Assembly: GCA_965202585.1 (NCBI GenBank)
Contig: OZ241831.1
Span: forward strand, 14,694,001-14,758,000
DNA: 64,000 nucleotides
Source of the DNA: Thalia democratica
Taxonomy: Eukaryota
Direction of reading: 5' to 3'
Shown: positions 56,567 through 64,000 of the stretch, one piece after another
How positions within the stretch are numbered: position 1 is the stretch's first letter
How the letters are laid out: each line of letters opens with the position of its first letter
Notes under the pieces: generated by a model
Told to the model about the DNA's origin: nothing
The model's database searches: none
The model's input: only the letters and a program-made list of their open reading frames with translations
Translations under genes and position numbers: made by a program

Positions 56567-57154
56567 TTATTTTTTACAGCTCTTCTTGGTACTTGCCTTC
56601 TTAGATGCTTTTTTGGCTACCGGCTTCTTCTTGGTTACTTTCTTCTTCTTGCTTGCAGCTTTTTTAGATGCTGCTTTCTTAGGAGCACACTTTTTAGCAG
56701 GTCGCTTTTTGGCTGCTGGTTTTTTCGCTGCCTTCTTGGGAGCACACTTCTTTACTCGTTTCTTTGCTGCGGCCTTCTTTACTGCTGGCTTTTTAGCTAC
56801 TTTTTTTGTCCTCTTCTTGGGACCAGCAGCTGGCATTGGAGCAAGCTTGAACGAGCCGGAAGCGCCTTTTCCAGTAGTCTGGAGAAAAGAACCTTTGGTC
56901 ACGCCGCTGGTAAGTGCTCTCTTCAAGTGAGAATTAGAAGCTGAGAGGTCAAGCTTGTAGGTGTCCGCGATATATTTTTGTATCTTCTGGCGGGATGTAC
57001 CTTTTCGTTCCTTCATTGCTCCCAGGGCAGAGCTAATCATCTCCCTGTAAGTCGGGTGTTCTGCCTTCTTGGCGCTTGGTCTCTTGGAAGACCTGGCCTT
57101 GGCTGCGGCCGCCGCCGCTGCTACTGCTGGTGCTGCTACTGCTGTGGTAGACAT
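56567..57154 (-). CDS. H1: Histone H1, set 7 (195-aa allele)
   Basis: Same protein as set 5. Confidence 0.97.
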   Translation of the reverse strand: MSTTAVAAPAVAAAAAAAKARSSKRPSAKKAEHPTYREMISSALGAMKERKGTSRQKIQKYIADTYKLDLSASNSHLKRALTSGVTKGSFLQTTGKGASGSFKLAPMPAAGPKKRTKKVAKKPAVKKAAAKKRVKKCAPKKAAKKPAAKKRPAKKCAPKKAASKKAASKKKKVTKKKPVAKKASKKASTKKSCKK

Positions 57155-58840
57155 TTTGTATGTATTTTAAAGCAACCGAAACAATACTTTTAGTAGTTAC
57201 TGACTGTGACGAATTGACTGTTGAGCAGTTTTACTTTGTGAAGTACCTTTTACTGATTAATACGAGCATTATCATGTGAGTTTAAAGCGCATATGCTCAT
57301 AAAAGCATAGTTATTTTTTTACGAACGTCAAAAACATTCCAGTGACAAAGAAACCAGACTTAGCCTGGTCGGAAACAGAGTTTTTTTTAAAGCTTAGCTT
57401 TAAAGGTCCAGAAAAACAGTCTAAAAGTTACAGCACACCTCTGCATTTAATAATATAAACCTCAAATGAAACAAAATACATTACTACACATCCGGTTTAG
57501 TTTTCTTCAGCTGCAAACTTAAAACTGTAAGATTTTAGACAAGCACAAGTATTTTTTCCACTTCAAGCTTAAGTTAAGTTTTATTATTTTAATTTCATTC
57601 GGTTTTGTCAATTGTAAAACCCATTAAGTATGTTTAACTTGATTACAACTTTAACTGTGCTGGTTAGTAAAAAGTAATTCATAAACAAACACAAGTATTT
57701 AATTTATGATACTTTACAAGTTATCATTACTTTAAGTATACTTATATTCAAAATGGCAGTACTAAACCACATAAAAAAACTTAAGTTCATAAGTTTTGAA
57801 TTTGTTCTTCCACATACTAGTAACTTCAAAAATGTTCTGAACAGTAGCCATACAAAACTTGTTAAAAAGCTAGAAACTAATGTTTAACTTGTTATATAAA
57901 ACAGTCCCAACTAGTTACTAGTATTTCACAGTTAGAAAAATTTGAAACAACTTTTTAAAACTATTACACAGTTGTTTTGATTTTTTAACAACGTTTTATT
58001 TGTTATACTCGAAGCTGAACTAAGAACTTTTTCTTTGTAGATTTCATGAAAAGAAAGCGAACAAATGGATTTGATCGTAACTTTCCAAAACAAGACGAAA
58101 TAACTTGCACTTAAATGAATATCAGTACTGTTCACTTATGTTCAAAGAAAAGGACCGAAATTTCAATATGAAGTTTAAAAGAGTTGCTTATTTTGAGACG
58201 AAGAACTTTACTTAAAAAAAGAGGTTAGGCTAATTTTAAAAGTAACAAAAGTACAGTTCAAAAATGACTGCATAATGATAGAAGTGTTTATGTTTACTAA
58301 GTGAAGATTTGTTTAAATAAACTTTAATTGATTTACTGCTTAAAGTAGTTTCTAAGTGTAATAAAAACTAGATTCATTACAATGTTCTGCACAATTTAGA
58401 CAGTTGACTAAATGTTTTGCTGTGGTATATTTTAAAAAAGGTTGTTAAATCAACTCTAACTTGATATAAATGTAATTTCAAAATGTATTCTTTATTCTCA
58501 GGTGTTTTGAGCACTTCTGTTGTAACAACAGCATTTAAATTTCTAACATGTTAACAATTAGCTAATGTGTTTGTTTGATTTTTGTGTCTTTTCCTTTTAA
58601 AACAGGGTATTTACTTATTTGAAAACTGTACGTTGCTTTTGCACTCGTACTATCATAGCTGAACAGTTTTACGAAGCTTACTTTGAAGCAAATAAAAAAA
58701 AAATAAGTAAAGGCAAGAAAAACTTAAATTATTTGTTAGTTAGAACAAAGTTAGCTCTAAACATAAGAAACACTTAAGCAAATAAGCTACAAGTTTCAGA
58801 CAGTTCATTGGTTTATAACAACTTTTTATCGTTTTCGAAC

Positions 58841-58964
58841 GCCTACGACCATACCACACTGAACACACCCCATCTCGTCCGATCTGGGAAGTTAAAAAAG
58901 TGTCGGGCTTAAAGGTTAGTACTTAGATGGGTGACCGCTTGGGAATACCGCGTGCCGTAGGCTT
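58841..58964 (+). rRNA. 5S: 5S rRNA variant, copy 7
   Basis: Same sequence as copy 1. Confidence 0.88.
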
Positions 58965-59156
58965 TTATTTTCAAGCACTTATTTGTTGGATTTATTCTTC
59001 ATACTTATTATGAAAGTTTCTAGTTTATCTTAAACATTTTTCAATAATAAATGACACACTAACTAGACTGTCATTTAGTTGTAGACTTATTTTGTCTGTT
59101 GCTTTCATTTTGCTATTTATATAAAAGCCATAACTTTATTTCTTAAAAGCGTTTCG

Positions 59157-62100
59157 TTCTGCTCTAGACTTTTAACAAATATAACTTGAAATAAACAGTT
59201 GCAGTAGTTTTTAGTTATCAAGTTGTCTCATACACAGTCTTCAATAAAGTTACAAAGCTGTTTACTTCTTTTCCTTTGCATAATGTTTCAGCTATTGGTT
59301 TTTTTACGCGTTGATGTTTTATGTTAAAAATCCATAAGCAACTAAGTTTAATAAAACAAGTCTAAGATTTGTAAAAAAAAAATTCAACTTTGCTATTCAT
59401 GACAGTTGTACTGAAATTGAATGCTTTTTGGTCGTTTTTTTTCTTTAGAACAATCACTGTTGTTTACATTTATTTATTTTTGAAAATACATTTTGATAAG
59501 CATGATCAGTATAATTTTCATGAATAAACCTCTACTGTTCAAGTATTTTTTAAAATAATACGAAATTTATTAAAACTAACTGTTTTATTTTCATTCCATA
59601 ATGAAATTACTTTTTATAGTGACGTAGAACAAGTTTTAAAAATAAAGTTTAGTATTTATTAAATTAAAAAAAAAGTCTACGAAGTAAGCATAATTGAGAA
59701 TTTTTTTTTTGTCTAAATAAAGAAGTTAACAAGAAAAAGCCTTTGGACAACACGTTTAAGTTAGTTGAAGCTTTTTATGAAACATCAAATTACAACTAGT
59801 TAACAAAACTTATTCCACGATTTAGGCAATACTTTCAAAACATAACTAGCTCTCTTATTAAAAGTTGCTTAGAATGTCCAGTAAAAGTACAAAGGCAATA
59901 GTAAGTATGCATATCTAGGTGACAAAAGAAAAGACAGAAAAAATATTATTTAGAAGTAAAATGTGTCATTCAACTAGCTCTAACTCTTACTTTTGATCTT
60001 TTACCACCACAAAGTTGGTTGAGTTGCACATTTTTGTTGTTTAGTTAAAGCTTGTTTAACACTGCTTAGTAGACTTTAAAGCTGGTTAAATAAGCTGGTT
60101 GTCCTGATTACATTAGATTAACTTGATAAAGCTATAAGCAATGCTAGATCAACTAAAAGATGTAAGCTTTTTAAAGTTATAGATTCGAAATGTTCTTTTT
60201 CGTTCATGTTGTGATGCATATATGTTGTTTTTTGTTTATGTATTTATGAGTTGTAATGCATGTTTTAAATGTGTTTTAGTTAAAGTTATTTTCTGAAACG
60301 ATACAACATAAATTAGACCCAAAGCTAAACTAATTTTCAACTTGATAAATCTGTGAACAATTTGAGTTCAATAAAAAGCTTTGTAAAAAGAATTCGGTTG
60401 TAATACATGATGGTTGTTGTACTGAAATTGCAGTTTTGTTGATTTTTTTATTTTGGTTTGAACAGCTTCTGTTGTTAATTGTATTTTAAACTGTTTTACT
60501 TAGTTTGAGTTGCATTGTAATAAAAAGAAATAATAAATTTTAGAAACTACTGGTTTATTAGATTGTAATTGTTAATATCCAAAGTTAAGTTTGTTTTATT
60601 ATAATTTAATGTATTATTTTCATTTAAAATCTAATACTTTTTACAGTGACGTAGAACAGTATTTTTTAAATAAACTAAATACTTTTTCAATTTTACAAAA
60701 AGAAGTATACAAAATAAGCATAACGGGAATAAGTTTTGTTTAAAGAAAGAAGTTTACAAGAAAATCTTATGGACACAAAAATCAAGTTAGTTGAAGCTTT
60801 CTGCGAAACGTATATTTATTTGTAATGTAACAGACTTAAGCAATGGTTTTTAAATACAACTAGCTCCCTCCTCAAAAGTAGTTTAAAATGTCATGTAAGA
60901 GAACAAAAACAATTGTAAATACAAGTATGTGACAAAAAGTTAAAACACAAAAGTATAAGTTAGAAGTAAACTGTTTTATACAAACATTCTAACTCACCTT
61001 TTACCAGCACAAAAAACATTAAGTTTGGTTCGTTTTTGTCGTCTAGTTAGAGCTTGTTTAATGCTGCTTAGTGGACATTGATATCTGGTTGAATCAGTTG
61101 GTGGTCCTTATCACTTTAGACTTATAACAGAAATGACTATAGACTGTAAAAGTCGTTTTAAGTCATCAAGTTGTCTCACATATAGTTGTAACAAGTAATA
61201 CAAATGAGTGGTGACAAGCTGTTACTTCTTTTCCTTTCAGCTTAAAAATTGAGTTCTTTCATGTATTCGACTAATTAAGCAATCAAAAACAAACTAAATA
61301 GATGTCAGCTTTGTAAAATAAAAGTTTTAATGATAAGCTTTCATCAACTATTTCAGCTATTTTTGTTTTGGTAAATCGCGTACTTGTTTATAGTGTTGTT
61401 TTTCTTTGAACAATCGATGTTGTTTACATTTATGTATTTTAATGTATGATTTTTAAATTACTATGCATGTTTTTAATCGTGTTTTAGTTGTAATTAAACT
61501 ATATTTTTTGTGAAACAAATATTGTTTGTTGTTAACAATTGAAAACATACTTTGTTGATAAACCAAAGTAAGTTTTATTCTTATTACTATTTAAGTGTAC
61601 TATTTTCATTGAAAAATATAAATAGTTTTTAAAGTGACGTAGCGTAACTTTTTTTAATAAGTTAAAAAACAAATAATTATTGAATGTTTAAGAAAAGTGC
61701 ACAAAGTAAGAACGAATAAGATAGAGTTCTTAGAAAAAAAAAGATATCAAGAAGAAAAAGACATCCAAGTTAGTTAATTATGTTAAGCATTCAATTACAG
61801 TAGTTGTTACATCAAGTTGTCTAACACCTAGTCTAAACAAGTAACTTTACCATGAAAATAATAAAACAAGCATTTTTTAACCGTGTTTAAGCTAATGAGT
61901 TGGTTTGTATCATAGGGTGATGTTTTGGCTTGAAATGATATCTTAAATAAGCTAAATAGATGTCAGCCTTGTAGGTGGGAATACTTAAATGTGTTTGAAA
62001 TTCACATTTGTTATCTTTTGTTCTGAACTTTTATTTCTATTTATATACTTATAACTTTTTAAAACATTTTACATGGTTTTAACTGCATTTAAGTTGATAA

Positions 62101-62542
62101 AAAGAAGACGTTTAAAAGTTAAACCTTTGTTGTGTTGCTGATAATCAACAACAACAACTTAAAAATGTAACAAAAACTAAGGTTTTTTTTGGTATAAGTT
62201 AAGTATACGTTACTGTATTATTTTTTTTAAACACTTATTTACTGAATGTTTTAACAGAAATTCAACAAATGAACAAGAAGTTGTATAGAAAAAAAAAAGT
62301 TCACGGACAACGTATTGAAGTTAGTTAAATCCTTTTTTACATATACTACTGTTTTTTCAAATTAGACTTGAGCAATGGTAACCATAAGATTAAAACTTGA
62401 AAGTACGACAAATTTTAAATCAAACAACTAAAGTGTTTGATCTTTTAATTCTTATAACAACCAGTTTGTTTGTACAATTATCAATTTGTGGCTTGTACTT
62501 TAAGTAGATATCAATAGCCGGTTTTGTTCAAATGGTGGTCCT
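59157..62542. repeat. Degenerate ~1-kb module array, spacer 8
   Basis: Same markers as spacer 1; left boundary approximate. Confidence 0.78.
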
Positions 62543-62565
62543 AAAAAGGACCGGTTGTTGAGCAT

Positions 62566-62925
62566 TTATTTTGAGCTGGTGTACTTGGTAACAGCTTTAG
62601 TTCCCTCTGAAACTGCGTGCTTTGACAACTCGCCGGGGAGCAAGAGCCTGACAGCAGTTTGAATTTCGCGGCTGCTCACAGTTGACCTCTTGTTGTAATG
62701 AGCCAAACGTGAAGCCTCTGCTGCAATGCGCTCGAAGATGTCGTTGACAAATGAGTTCATGATTCCCATCGCCTTGCTGGAAATTCCGGTGTCGGGGTGC
62801 ACTTGCTTCAAAACTTTGTACACGTAGATGCCAAAGCTTTCTTTGTGCCTCCTCCTTCGCTTCTTCTTGCCGTCGACCGGGGTGGTCTTGGCTACTGACT
62901 TCTTCGCGCCTTTGGTTGCGGTCAT
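62566..62925 (-). CDS. H2B: Histone H2B, set 8
   Basis: 119 aa, intact. Confidence 0.99.
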   Translation of the reverse strand: MTATKGAKKSVAKTTPVDGKKKRRRRHKESFGIYVYKVLKQVHPDTGISSKAMGIMNSFVNDIFERIAAEASRLAHYNKRSTVSSREIQTAVRLLLPGELSKHAVSEGTKAVTKYTSSK

Positions 62926-63084
62926 GATGATGTGTGAACTTCAGTCTCGGCGCCAGCTTATATACTGAAAGTTTATGCAAATTAGCATTTCCGTACGCGA
63001 ACGACAGCCTCTCTCATTTTATGATTCTCTCGTTTGTCGTAAATATTTTTAGGTGGTCCTGAAAAGGACCTGGTTTGTTTTAAC

Positions 63085-63465
63085 TTAGGCTGATTTTTTT
63101 GAAGCGGTCTTCTTGGGCAATAATACTGCCTGGATGTTTGGAAGAACACCTCCTTGAGCAATAGTGACGCCGCCGAGAAGTTTGTTCAACTCTTCGTCGT
63201 TGCGGATAGCTAGTTGCAAATGGCGGGGAATGATCCTGCTTTTCTTGTTGTCACGAGCAGCGTTACCGGCAAGCTCGAGCACTTCTGCGCTCAAATACTC
63301 GAGAACGGCAGCCAGATAAACTGGAGCACCAGCTCCGACTCTTTGGCTGTAGTTGCCAGTGCGCAACAGGCGGTGCACGCGACCGACTGGAAACTGCAGT
63401 CCTGCACGAGAAGACCTGCTCTTCGGCTTAGATTTGAGTTTTGATCCTTTACCACGTCCCGACAT
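63085..63465 (-). CDS. H2A: Histone H2A, set 8
   Basis: 126 aa, intact. Confidence 0.99.
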   Translation of the reverse strand: MSGRGKGSKLKSKPKSRSSRAGLQFPVGRVHRLLRTGNYSQRVGAGAPVYLAAVLEYLSAEVLELAGNAARDNKKSRIIPRHLQLAIRNDEELNKLLGGVTIAQGGVLPNIQAVLLPKKTASKKSA

Positions 63466-63659
63466 CTTGTTGTTCGAATGATTGTGCCAAGATGCTCGCA
63501 CAGCTCTGTATAAAACTCAAACCTAACCGCGTCGAACGAACAACTAATTTGCATATGTCGTAGCTGCTCTTTAATCTTGTCAAAATGTTTGTTCAGCAGT
63601 GTTGAAGAAATTTGATTTTGAAATGGGTGGTCCTAAAAAGGACCGAGTTTGCTAGATGT

Positions 63660-63998
<339 letters not shown>

Positions 63999-64000
63999 TC

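Overview
The whole window is an animal replication-dependent histone gene tandem array of about 8 units of ~8.2 kb. Periods between successive H2B stop codons are 8330, 8200, 8200, 8924, 8192, 8192 and 8192 bp. Each unit has five intronless histone genes on the minus strand (transcription order H1-H3-H4-H2A-H2B, each with a 3' stem-loop) in ~2.9 kb, plus a ~5.3-kb AT-rich spacer. The spacer holds a plus-strand 5S rRNA-derived sequence and a degenerate ~1-kb tandem module array. Main observations: (1) all seven 5S copies share the same lesions in box A, the intermediate element and helix V; (2) the spacer modules are homologous to the H2B 3' flank, and the complete ones end in half a histone stem-loop; (3) one spacer (~32-38 kb) lacks the 5S, carries an extra ~1-kb module and separates two haplotype blocks; (4) a 123-bp hAT-like MITE with an 8-bp TSD disrupts the first H3; (5) the fourth gene set has an H2B 7-residue deletion and H4 K59I; (6) all four core-histone promoters share the 12-mer CTAATTTGCATA. 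All comparisons were made by eye. The organism cannot be named from the sequence alone.
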